Of a DNA stretch of 64,000 bases, positions 47,955-59,501 are shown piece after piece. Under the pieces are notes generated by a model that made no database searches, had not been told where the DNA came from, and saw only the letters and a list, made by a program, of their open reading frames with translations. Each line of letters starts with the position of its first letter. Within the stretch, counting starts at the first letter, position 1. Source of the DNA: Camelus dromedarius (lineage: Eukaryota); contig NC_087461.1 of NCBI RefSeq assembly GCF_036321535.1, positions 19,468,001 to 19,532,000 of the forward strand, given 5' to 3'. Made by a program: the position numbers and the translations under genes.

Positions 47955-48122
47955 TGAAGCGAAAGTAAAACAGTGGCCAGTTTCCTGCAGTGCTGGCCAC
48001 CCGCTCTCTGACCGCGGCATCCCGGATGTCACACACCCCGATGTTGCCTGCCTGCAGCATTCTTCTCGGGGCTCCTTCACTGTGCTGCCATCTACACCGG
48101 ACCACGGCAGCTCCATTCGCTG
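47955..48122 (-). pseudogene. DIP2C: DIP2C alternative cassette exon downstream of exon 2 (168 nt, phase 1-1)
   Basis: Minus strand: ttttttttcaacttgttacag|CAGCGAATGGA...CGCTTCA|gtgaat. Open in frame with exon 2: (T)ANGAAVVRCRWQHSEGAPRRMLQAGNIGVCDIRDAAVRERVASTAGNWPLFYFRF. Resembles a 56-aa insert I recall from longer DIP2C isoforms. Confidence 0.8.
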
Positions 48123-49688
48123 CTGTAACAAGTTGAAAAAAAACTAATTAATTCAAACTTTAGTCTTTTTTAAATTTGTTACAGCGCCAAGCAGAGCCGC
48201 CGACCCCATGCAGAACAGCACACAGAACACCAAAGGGACCATGCCACACAGGGCCACCGTCAGCACCCAGCCGACGTGGATCAACTGCGTCCTCAGCCCT
48301 GCAGTGGCTCCAGGCCCATCTTCCGGAAGCACACAGAGCTGCTTCTGTTTCACCTTTGTTTGCTAAGGCCCAGAAATTAAAATCCAGCAACATGAGCGCC
48401 TACTGTCTCCCTGCCAGCCTTCCTCTGAGACCAGGGGGGCCACCTGCAGATGGGAATGCACGACGATGGGCTGTGCAGACGGCCGTCCCCACAGCAGTCC
48501 TGCTCGAGGTCGAGAAGGGAGGCGGGAGAACATCTCTGAACGTCCGCCTGCGTGTGCTCTGAAGCCTCCCACACAGGGTCAGCCGGCCAACACACTGACT
48601 TTTCGTTCACTCAGACAGCGTGGCTTCTTCCTCTTATAAACCAGAGAGCAGGAAACTCAGGCTGTCAGCAGGCAGCCCGCACAACGGGCCCATCTCCATG
48701 TTAACTTTCTCAAGTACAAAGGAGAGAAAGAAATCACACGAAGTCAAACAAAGCTACACAACAGCAGAAACTCAATATCCAAGTTCAGTGCCCTGGAACG
48801 TGAGCACCTGCGAGGACGCGCCATCTGTGCTGGTACAGCACTGGAGGGGCACAGCCTGGAGGGCACGGCCTGCACTGTGCAGGCGTGTGCAGACCTAAAC
48901 CTCACCCAGCAGAGCCTCGCAATGGGGCTTTAACTGTGCCCCAAAGTGATCACTGCAGAGTCCCTTTCTGCCACTGTCCTCCCTCCTCCTGGAGGGCCTG
49001 TGTTAGCTCTGAGCCTTTCTTAACCCAGAAAATTCTCAAGGTCGCCCTCAGACTGCACTAAGCTTCCCCCAGAACACAGGTGTGACAGCTGCAGCCCGTA
49101 TCCTCTTCCTTCCCCTAAAATGTACAGAACCCAGTTGAGTGCAGAGAGTCTACAAACCTGCACATGTGAAAACACTGGAATTTAACAGAATGTGTACTTG
49201 GGAAGAAATCATAACGTGGACAATCACATTTCAAAACACAACCAACCTTTACGATTTCATAATCCCAGGCAGGATGTTACACTGTTTTCTAGAACTGCCC
49301 CCACCAATGACATCAACAAAAACCTTGGACTGATTAAGCCATTATCAATCATTTTAGCTCACTAAGCCAAAAGTCATGTTTAAATCATAAATGCTCATAT
49401 TTTTTATGATTATAGCATTTCAAAGTAATCAAACATATTACTGCCCCCTACAGATGTAACATCTATTAAATTTATTAGGCACATTTATAGAAAACCTCTA
49501 TGTTTCTTCTCCATTCACAGAACACCCTGCAATCACAGGAGGGAGCTGGATGTGGCTCGTGCCACCTCAACATCATGATCTGCATGCAGACCAGGGACCG
49601 CGGAAGTACCTGTGCTCAGCTGTTCTCTTGCGTGTGGCAGTTAACTTTCAAAGCTGACGCTTCATGCTGCTCATCAAGGTTTACGTAC

Positions 49689-49760
49689 TTGGAGGCTGGG
49701 GCAGATAGGCACCAATCAACTTCGATCTCTTCTTTTCATATACTTTTTGTGTGATGTCAC
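49689..49760 (-). pseudogene. DIP2C: DIP2C exon 2 (72 nt; DMAP1-binding domain), opposite orientation to exons 10-29
   Basis: Minus strand: cctttccttctcttacag|GTGACATCACACAAAAAGTATATGAAAAG...CCTCCAA|gtacgt; GDITQKVYEKKRSKLIGAYLPQPP vs recalled human GDITQKGYEKKRSKLIGAYLPQPP. Both splice sites are intact. Confidence 0.93.
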
Positions 49761-51789
49761 CTGTAAGAGAAGGAAAGGAAAGGAAAGTTCAGAATGGTTC
49801 CAAGGGTAGAGCTGATCACTCAACTAAGAAGAAACAGTCACATCTATGTGTCTTCTGTTTCCTTATGATTATAATTTAAGAAGACTTCACCTTGACTTTT
49901 CCTCTGCCCACAAACACATACTCATTTAAGTTACATAAAATCCTCTGCTAGGCACACACTCGTCCCAGCCCTTCCTCTCAGGGTTTCAGCTCTGATGGGG
50001 TCCAAAATTAGATTCTTGCAATCTCACTCACATCTGCAGGGCAGGAAACCTCCCCAATCCACACAGCTCTCATTAACTTAACCAACAACAGATTTTTGTA
50101 GGCATCTACCCGAGTAAGAGCGGGCCCAAACCGCCACTGATTAGCATTTTCCCTAGTAGGTGTGTCAGTCCCAAGGACTATATACTGTTATGGTATTTTT
50201 GAAAGTAAATGACTAACATTGAATGAAACAATAGATAAAACAAAAGCAAGAGAACATAGGGCCTATGGAATCCAAATATGAGAAAGGTATTTATCATTAA
50301 AACAGGAATTAATTTGCTAAAGCTAGAGATTCAAATGCCATAGCTAGGCTGACATTTTTTCCTGAATGCCAAGTTCCCAGGACAAACCACCTCTACAATG
50401 TGCAACAGCCTTTCCCAATTACAAACTTGAACACATCCCAAATGCTGATTTGCGTCCTTGAATTTTTCATAGTCTGTTAATTTTCCCCCTAATATTCTGA
50501 TCAAATCATCATTCTTCAAAGTGCTAAAAACTCAAGCTTTAATAAAAACATAGCAAACAAGTGGAAAGTTTTATGAGTCTTACACAAGTTGGTAAATCTT
50601 TTCCTAGTGACAATGCTCCTAGTGACAATGTCTGATCAAACCACAGGGCACCCGACTTGACCAGCTCATGGCTCACTGTACAGTCTCAACAGTCTTAAAA
50701 GGCATGAAGAGTGCATGCCCCTGCAGCCATAGACAACACGGACACATGAAAACGCCTCTGCCATCAACTGTTGAGCGTTTTGGGCACTAAACAGGCTGAC
50801 CACTCTTTCAAGATAATAAACCATGGAGAAAACTAGTTTTTGTGTTAATTGTATTGCTGCTCAGCAATTTAGAAATTCAAAACCAGTTTGCTTCCTGCAG
50901 CTGAGGACGCCCAGACCAAAATGAAAGCAAGCAACAGGGAAAGGAATGCGTGCATGAGGGTGCGCTGGTGGGAATGTGATCCATAAGCACAGGGTAGGGA
51001 CCCACTGTTTATCGGGTATTTCCCTCCAGTGCCTGCCCCTTTCCCACTGGCCCCATGGCTGCTCTGCACAACCCTGCACCGAGTCCCAGCCCTGGTGAAC
51101 CAGCCCTTCCAGCTGTGCTTCACCAGAAGCTCAGCTCAGCTTCTAAGGAGACCATGATGGCACTGCATCCCATGAGCAAATCAAAAATACCTCTGCACGT
51201 GGAACAATTCTCACTGAAAAATGACTGGAAACTGGCAGAAAGAGTCCTGCCTGACTGAGGTTGGTGGGAAGACCCACAGAGAATCCGGCAGAAAAGGAAG
51301 AGAAGTGGGGAGGTTGGGGCCTGTACCCCGAGGAGGAGACTCAGGAAAAAATGGGAGAGCCTGGGCAGAGCTCCTTCCTGGGGAGTGAGTGAATTGAGCC
51401 ACAGCCTGGGCACCCTGGTCCTGGGGTCAGACACAGTGAAGGGACGAACCCTCCTGAGGGGTGCGCCTGCTCCCAGCCACTCTGGCTCACACCCAGCCAG
51501 AGCCAAGCTGCTTCAGCCCATCATCTTCACAGTGGGAGGGCCCGCACATCAGTGGCCCTGCACAGACAACTCTGGGAGGGGATCCTGGTGTCAGGAGGGG
51601 GAAGAACATACACTTAAAGGGAACAGAGCAGGCTTGACCCAGCCCTCAGGGCTTCTGATCCTGCAACTTGGGACCCGACCCTGTGATGGCCACTGAGCAG
51701 TAGGGGGCCCAGCTCCCACCTGGCTCAGCCCCTCCTCCTACCAAGATGACCACTGCCAGCACACCCTGGGGGAAGACATGACCTGGGCT

Positions 51790-52740
51790 CACAATAAATA
51801 ATAAAACAAAAATTAACAACTTACCAGATAAAGAATTCAAAGCATTAATAGTAAAAATAAAATACTAACTGAACTTGGGAAAAAAATAGATGAACACAGT
51901 GAGAATTTTAACAAGGAACTAGAAAATTAAAGGAAAAAAAAAAAGACAAAAACCACTCAGAACTGAAGAATATGATAACTGAAATGAAAAACACACTAGA
52001 AGGAATGCAAAGCAGACCAGATGATACAGAAGAACACATCAGCAATCTGCAAGACAGAACAATGGAAATCATGCAGTAAGAAGAGTAAAAAGAAAAAATT
52101 TTAAAATGAGAACAGTGTAGGATATCCCTGGACAACATCAGCTGTACTAACACTCACACTCCAGGGGCCCCAGAAGAAGAGAGAGAGAAGGGGTTAAATA
52201 TGCATTTGATGAAATTATGGCTGAAAACTTGCCGCTGTCAAGAAAGAAAGATATCCAGGTACAGGAAGCACAGAGGGTCCTAAACAGGATGAACCCCGAG
52301 ACACCCACCCCAAGACACACCATAATTAAAATGTCAAAAGTTACAGACAGAGAATTGTAAAGGCAGCAAGAGAAAAACAGTCAGTTCCAGGGAACCCTCA
52401 CAAGGCCGTCAGCTGGTTTTCCTGCAGGAACTTTGCGGCCAGAAGCAAGCGGCTCGATATATTCAAAGTGCTGAGAGGGAAAAACCTGCAGCCTAGGATA
52501 TGCTGCCCAGCCAAGTCATCACCCAGAACTGAAGGACAAAGAACTTCGCAGACAAGCAGAAACTAAAAGACTTCATCAGCACCCAGCCTACCCTAGAAGA
52601 AATGTTGAAGGGTCTTCTCTAAGTGGAAAAGAAATGCCTACAACAAGAAGAAAGAATCTATAGGAAACACAGAGTAAAGGCTGAGAATCACCTGCTTAAA
52701 TAAGCTGGTACGAAAATTAAAAGACTAAAATTCAGTCAAG
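51790..52740 (+). mobile_element. L1 ORF1-region fragment, decayed
   Basis: cagataaagaattcaaag, aactgaaatgaaaaacacactagaaggaat, ccaggtacaggaagcacagagggtcc, cataattaaaatgtcaaaag, tattcaaagtgctgagagggaaaaacctgcagcc. Confidence 0.88.
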
Positions 52741-55700
52741 TTTTAAAAATTCCTCAGATGAGCATTAAACTAAGGTCGGGGTGGGGGGGGGGCAGTTCCC
52801 TTGAAGCTAACCTCAAAGGATACTCACTCCTCACTCTCACTTAGAATTTGGTCTTACTTTGGAATGCTCCAGTTAAGACCTGGACTTAAAGGGAAACAGG
52901 CACTTCCCCCCTGAAACCATGGCTCCTCTTAAAGGGATAGTGTCACCGTGAGCCTCGTGGGGTGTCTGCTCCAGTTCCTGACCCCGGGACTCAGGAGGGG
53001 CTGGTGGGGGCGGATCCAGCACCCCACACGGGCGACACAGGTGCTCAGTGCAGCTCCACTGCCAACTCTGCCACTGAGCAGTCACCCCGGAGAACCTCCG
53101 GATGCCACTTGGAAATCCAGGCTTGCCATCCTCTCTCGAAACCCAGAAGAGGGGAGATGCTACTGAGTAACTTCTGTGCCTCCCAAACTCCAACTGAATC
53201 GGGGGCTGGCAAACTGCACATCCAGCCTGTGGGCTATTTCTGCAAATACAGTTTTACCAGCAGACACACAGCCGTGTACCTCGTAAGCACCACACACACT
53301 GTACGCCCTGCAAATCCAGAAGCATTTACTCCCAGGCCCCATCCTACGTGTCCTAAATCATCTCTTTTAATTCTTATAAAAACTGCTACTTTGGTAGGAA
53401 ACTGAGGCACAAACAGTAATTACGTTTCTCACCCAGGGCCCCGAAGGAAACAATCTCTGTCCAAGTCCCAGTCTGTTACCGTGGAAGCCACACCTGGAGT
53501 CTACACTCCAGCCTCCATCACACAGTCAGCTTCTCACCACCTGGGTGTCCTTCTCAGCATGCTCTCCCCAGGGACACCCTTGCAGCCCACTGCCTGCTTT
53601 CAGCCCCCCAGACCCTGTCCCATCTTACTAACCTCCCTGCCCTGAGCTTAGGCCACACGGAATTCTGCACAAGTCTTGGTGGTGGTTTCCTCGTGAGGCC
53701 TCAGACAGCTGCTTCCAGTTTATTTCTGTAACATGTATGAGTGGCTTATCTTCAAAGACAGGTGTGACACCTTCGTGAGTCAGTGTACTTCAGAACCAAG
53801 TGACCCCTCTGTTTTACAGACCAGGACTGTGTGCTGAGGGAGTTAGTCACAAAGGAGTAAAGGACCATACGGAGGGACTTCAAGGAAGTCACTGGGCAGG
53901 AGCTGCTTTCCTAACCAGCGCCCCCACCTGGTGGTAATTTAACTGTTCAGGGGCCACGTGGAGAAAGGGCAGAGGGGAAGCCAATGTTGGTTCCATCACT
54001 AAAGTGCTTGTGTGTTACCCAGAGCATCCCGGTTCCTTAGGGGCTGGAGCATTGGGGCTACCGTGGTGCCCTTGCTGCTTCTCCTTCTCCGGTCACTCCA
54101 ACACTGGGGCTACCTTAGCGTCTTGTCGACAGAGGCCCAGCAGATTACAGCAAACTCATCGTGAAGTGGTACAAGTAGGGGTCTTATGTTCTGAAGCAAC
54201 CAGTGAGGACTTGGGGAAAACACAGCAGTGAAGACAGACAGATTAGACACATGTAGAAAGAAGACGTAAACTGAAAGGACAATGACTGATAGACGGAAGG
54301 AAGAGGGATGGAAGACGGAAGCTGCCTGGCTGGCTTCAGACACAACTCTATCCACCCAGGGCGCCTCCTTGGTTTCTGTCTGAGGTTGGCTGCCATGCTA
54401 TCGCCATGGAAACACAGTGTTTCTCCTTTGTTTCATGTCCGTTCAGGCTAAAGGATCGGCCAGCTGCACCTCCCCCTGTTCCTCACTCTGGGTCTGGAAA
54501 GAGCAGTCTTCAGGGTGAAACTTTGTAAACCAAGGAGAGGAACCCTCCTCCACATCTCACATTTCTAAGAAAGGTTTTACTAAAACCCATCCATCTGCAA
54601 AGACTGCTCCATGGTTTACAGCAGGTTAATCAGTATTCTTTCAACCTGGAAGCCAGAAGAACATGCCAAGGAGACATGTGGATCGCTTCCCCCATGCTGC
54701 ATCCACACAATTCCGCTCCTTGAAAAGCAGCAGATGTTGCTGATGTTGAAGGACAACGACCACAGGACTCCCTGTTCAAGAATTCCCCACACAAAAGTCC
54801 GAAGAGCATACCTTCCATGCTTCAATACTCAAGATATTCACTTAGCTCTCTTTTAATTTTAGGAATAAGAATGTATGACAGAAAAGTAAAATGCAAGATG
54901 GTTTGTAACCTCAATGAGAGGAAAATATAAGTGGTCTTTTGAAACATTTTCTCCTTTATCAAGATGTTATTCATATCATTATCCTCGGACAAAGAAGTTC
55001 CTTAAGACTTAGAATTTCAACGGTAGAAATTAAAGTTCTCATGTGTTCTATAACAAAGAAAGAAATTTACAGACAAGTCATAAATTTAGGCTGAAAATGC
55101 AAGTCAAGTGAAACCCCCAGACACCGATGAATCTCACTGAGATGGAGACCTCCACCAACCCCCTCCCCCAAGGAAGAATTCTTCTCTTACTTATACTGTA
55201 GTCCAGAGCTTCCAGGCAAACCCCGAGTCTTAGAAAAGTGAAGGAAAAAACAGGCCCGGGAAATGTAAAAGGGGACAATGCAGCTCCTCTGTTTTTCCTT
55301 CCTGGCCTCATTCTGGCAAACTAGGACCCCACAGGAAACTGCACAGAGCCCTGTGGGTGTCTGGTCAGAATGGGAAATCCGCAGAGCTGGAGTGCCCAGG
55401 AGTGGGGTATGTGCCCCAGAGCCACCTCCACAGCTGGCTCAGCACAGAGCAGACAGACAGCCTAGCGTGGATGGTTTCCATTCTTGGTGTCAGGAGTTTA
55501 TTATTCAATGCTGGAATGAATGCTTTATATAACAAAGCAATCATTTCCATGTTTGGAATTTCATGGCTGTCAGGAATCTTCAGAACACTTCTCTCCTATG
55601 CCAATGGCTTTATAAGGCTCAGGGAGCACCCCTGATGGCCCTCTCAGTTGCTGGAGGTGCGTTAGTCATCTCTGGGACAAGTTTTCTTTTCTGCAGAGAA

Positions 55701-56959
55701 AAGAAAGAACCCACCTGTCCAGGGGAGAAGCAGCAGGCAGACCAGGGATCTCTCCCTGACTGAACACTGGGTGGGAGCCCACGCGTCAGCTAACTTCTTG
55801 GGTTTCATGTTTCTCGGAGATAAAATATTGATAGTAACACCTACTACCTTCCGCCATAGTTGAAAAGATCAAACACATGGATCAAAGCATGAAGCAGGAA
55901 AGAAAATGCAGTTTAAAAACCCAGTACTCATGTGGTATCCATTACATGTTTAAACCTGTGCATGGCTCCAGCTCCAGAGTGCCTCCCGCCTGGGCCAGCA
56001 AACAGGAGAGAGGAGGAAACTCCAAACAGCCACCTCTCAGGTGTCCACCTGAGTCTCTTATCCTCAGGGCCCCCGACCCCAGGTGCCATCAGCTCTGGAT
56101 CTCAGTCCCCTCCATCCGCCACTCTCTGTGTGGCCAGGCTGAACTCTCGCTAAGAGGGCAACCAAGCCGAGTGACTCACTCCCCAGAGCCTGTCAAGGGC
56201 GGCTCACCGCTTTCAAGGTGGGGCACAAAGCCAGCAGCAGGACCTAGTCTTTCCAGAGCCTGGGCCCACATCTCAATGGCATCACCCCACTTCACAATTA
56301 CTGTGTTTTCCTTCGTCACTGTCTGTACTGCCGTATTTATGGTGCTTTCATTTTTCTTGGTTTATGCCGCATTTTCAATGTAAAAATTAGATATTTGAAT
56401 TTCATAAGGATATTTTAAATAAGAGAATCAGGATAAATATAGACCTTTCTCTAGGATTATAAAATCACCAACATTTACTCAACTACTCAATATGATGGGA
56501 AAAAATTCCAAAGAACTACATATTAACGTGAGTGGGATTTTTATGTTTATATGAATGACCATAAAGTTCCTTAAAATATTTAGTTAACGGCATGATTAGA
56601 AAGAGAAATATATATATTTTAAATATGCCCTGTGTTGAAATCTTGACTGTAGCCACTAAGGTCTGGATACTGTCACTTCACTCTGACCCCTGTCAGAGTC
56701 AGGAAGAGCGAGTGAGGTCCATGCCTCCTGCCTCTCTCACCTGCAGTTCACTTTTTCAGACCCATTTAAGACGGTGCCCTGAGGACCTGCAGCAGCTCCG
56801 GCCTTTGCTCCCCTGCTTTTATTCCAGCACCAGGGAGTCAGAGTCCCAGGATGCAGCCTCAGAGCGTGGTGCTCAGGGGGAGACAGGCAGGAGCCGGGGT
56901 CCCAGGCAATGAGGAAGCACAGACCCCAGCAGTCCCCGCAGACAGTGCGTCTGAATCTT

Positions 56960-58075
56960 CGCCAGGGTCTGGTGTCACTGCTATTCTCACTTCTGCCAAT
57001 CTGACAGGTGCACAGGGACTCTTAGCAGTTTTAATCTGCTTTTCCCTAAACCCTCCCTATCCACACGGAACTCGTCCTCATGTTGTCTCCACCTGCATGT
57101 CCTCTTTGGTGAGATGTCTGCACGTGACTGTGGCCTGTTTTCTGCCTGGATTTTTGGCAACACTGTTGAGTTCTGGGAGCTCTTTGCACACCGTGGATAC
57201 AAGTTCTCTGCTGGGTGTGTGGGCTTCCAGCTGCTGTGTCTTTTCATCCTCTTCCAGGGGCTTTCCCAGAGCAAAACCTTTCATCTTGATAAAGTCCTAT
57301 TCGATTTTCCCTTTGAGGGATTGTGCTTTTAGTTTCGATTTAAGAACTCTTTGCCTAGTCCTTAGACTTGAAGATCTGTTTTTTGTTAGATGTGTTGTAG
57401 TTTTACATTTTACACTGAGATCTCTGATCCTTAAGTTAATTTTGTATATCAGGTGTGGGATTCAGGTCTAAATTCTTCCTCTTCTTTTTTTTTTTTTTTT
57501 TTTTTTTTTTGGTCTATGGATATCCAATTGCTCCAACATGATTTATGGAAAAGGTCATCCCTCCTTCATTGAATTGCTTTTGTTTCTTGGTCAAAAATTA
57601 ACTGGGCATTTTGTGTAGATCTGAGTTGCCCACCCCATTCACTCAGCTGTGGGTCTGTCCCTCCCACACTCCGGATGACTGTGGCTACACAGTAAGCCTC
57701 AGCCCTGGGGGAGAGACTTCTCCCACTTTAATCTTTGTCAAAGTTGCTTTAGCTATTCCACGGCTCTTCCCTTTCCACATAAATTTTAGGAAAAGCTATT
57801 TCTACCAAAGACTTTGCTGAGCACTTGACAGGAGTTGTCTTAATTCTGTAGGTCAGTTTAGGGAGAATTGACATCGATACACATTGGGTCTCCTGATCTA
57901 TGAACATGGTATTTAACTCTGATCTCTTTCACCAGCACTTTGTGATTTTCATCATCCTGACCCGTAGATAAAGCACATGTCCACATGGAACCTCGATTCT
58001 TAGGTTCCCAAAGAAAACAGTCTAACTCCAGGTCAGCTCCAGAAAGCATGTGCCTGGTTCATCCCCATTTGGTCA
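56960..58075 (-). mobile_element. L1 ORF2 fragment, antisense on +
   Basis: ttgatcttaagtt-like, atggatatccaattgctccaacatgattt, ttccacataaattttagga, tagggagaattgacatc; 26-nt T run at 57485-57510. Confidence 0.8.
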
Positions 58076-58692
58076 TTTCAGATGACACCCTCTGAGCCAT
58101 CAGCTGGGATGGAGAAGGGAGGGCCCACCCCTGACCTCAGGTAATCCTACAGGAAGGGCCACCATGGCACAAGCAGCACAACCCTGTGTCGTGGAGAAGA
58201 CACCAGGGGTGGGCTTGGGAGGTGGGAGCTTGGTTCCAGAGGTCACTGCCCTGTTGGTGAGCCTGCCTGGATCACAACCTCCCCAGCCCTCAGTTTTCCC
58301 ACTTGTGCAGTGAGGATCCCGACTCAGATCTGCAACGTCTCAACATGCTCGGCAGTGAGAGCAGGGGTGCAAAGCAGACCCAGAGGGGAGGGGCTGACCA
58401 CGAGGGCTCCCCACTGAGAGGTGAGACTACAGAGAGATGACATGAAGGAGAGGAAAGCACACACGCCTGCAAGATGGCCCAGGAGAAGGTGGGGTCCAGT
58501 CCTGCTGAGACTGGTAAGGCTGGGGTGAGAAGGGGAGAAAGGGAATGCTGAGAGGACCTGGGGTTCAACATGAGGATGGAAGGGGGTTCACCACCAGATC
58601 TTGAGAGAATGGGAGGGAGAAAGATAAGAAAACATGACTTATGGAAATCAGATCATTTTAATTAACCCTAAAAATATAGGAGCAAACATGGT

Positions 58693-58830
58693 GAAAAAGA
58701 ATATGAAAATGAATACAAGTATATTCATGTATGATTGAAAAATTGTGCTGTACACCAAAAATTGACACAACATTGTAAACTGACTACAACTCAATTAAAA
58801 AATAAATAAAAATAGGAAACAAACAAAATA
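58693..58830 (+). mobile_element. Short L1 3'-end insertion, same family as 412-521 and 25200-25440
   Basis: aaaaattgtgctgtacacc...ttgacacaacattgtaaactgactacaactcaat plus A tail; degenerate flanking repeat tatagga(gc/ata)aaacatggt. Confidence 0.8.
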
Positions 58831-59406
58831 TATAGGAATAAAACATGGTTTAAGACTCCTCTTTGAGTGTGTGGCAGTAGGTTGCTGACTAGGGTGTCCA
58901 GCCCACAGTGAGGGGTGCTTTCCTGACGTCCGGGAGGGGCTGCCATCCCTGCCCAGTGCCCAGGCAGATCCCCCACCCCACCTCAGGCCACCAAATCCTC
59001 TTCTTAATCAGAATCCCAGTCTCCTCCCTGTGCCCACCAGGGGGGTGGTCTCATTGCCCCCACCAGGAGCCTGCAATCCCGCAAGGCCACGGCATGCCAG
59101 GTGAGCCCAGGCCCAGGTTCTGTGCACCAGCTTCTTGGCCCGAGGCAACCACACTCCCCCTTTGCACTTTCACCTTCTTGTCCCCCCATAATCAGCAGAC
59201 ATCACAAAGTGAACACACCCACCACACGGAGCCTTGACAGTGGGGGCCACCCCTGGCCTGCCCCTTGTGGGTGGTAGAGGAAGGGCTCCCCCGCAAAAAT
59301 CAGACAACCCTTTTATTCAGGAGTGGAACAAGGGTAAAAACTGGGCTTCTTTTGAGCAGCAACAAGGCACTGTTACCACCAGAACTCACATGGGCTACAT
59401 GCAGGA

Positions 59407-59501
59407 GGACATCTAGCCACTGCACTAGCTGGACATCAAGCCACTGCACCAGCTGGACATTGAGCCACTGCACCAGCTGGACATTGAGCCACTGCACCAC
59501 T
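59407..59501. repeat. Minisatellite, 24-bp unit, about 4 copies
   Basis: ggacatctagccactgcactagct / ggacatcaagccactgcaccagct / ggacattgagccactgcaccagct / ggacattgagccactgcaccact. Confidence 0.9.

Noticed and set aside
50603-50630. Local duplication of cctagtgacaatg (period 15)
   Set aside because: An ordinary slippage duplication with no further structure.
59407-59501. CRISPR-like array
   Set aside because: Head-to-tail units with no unique spacers, in mammalian DNA.
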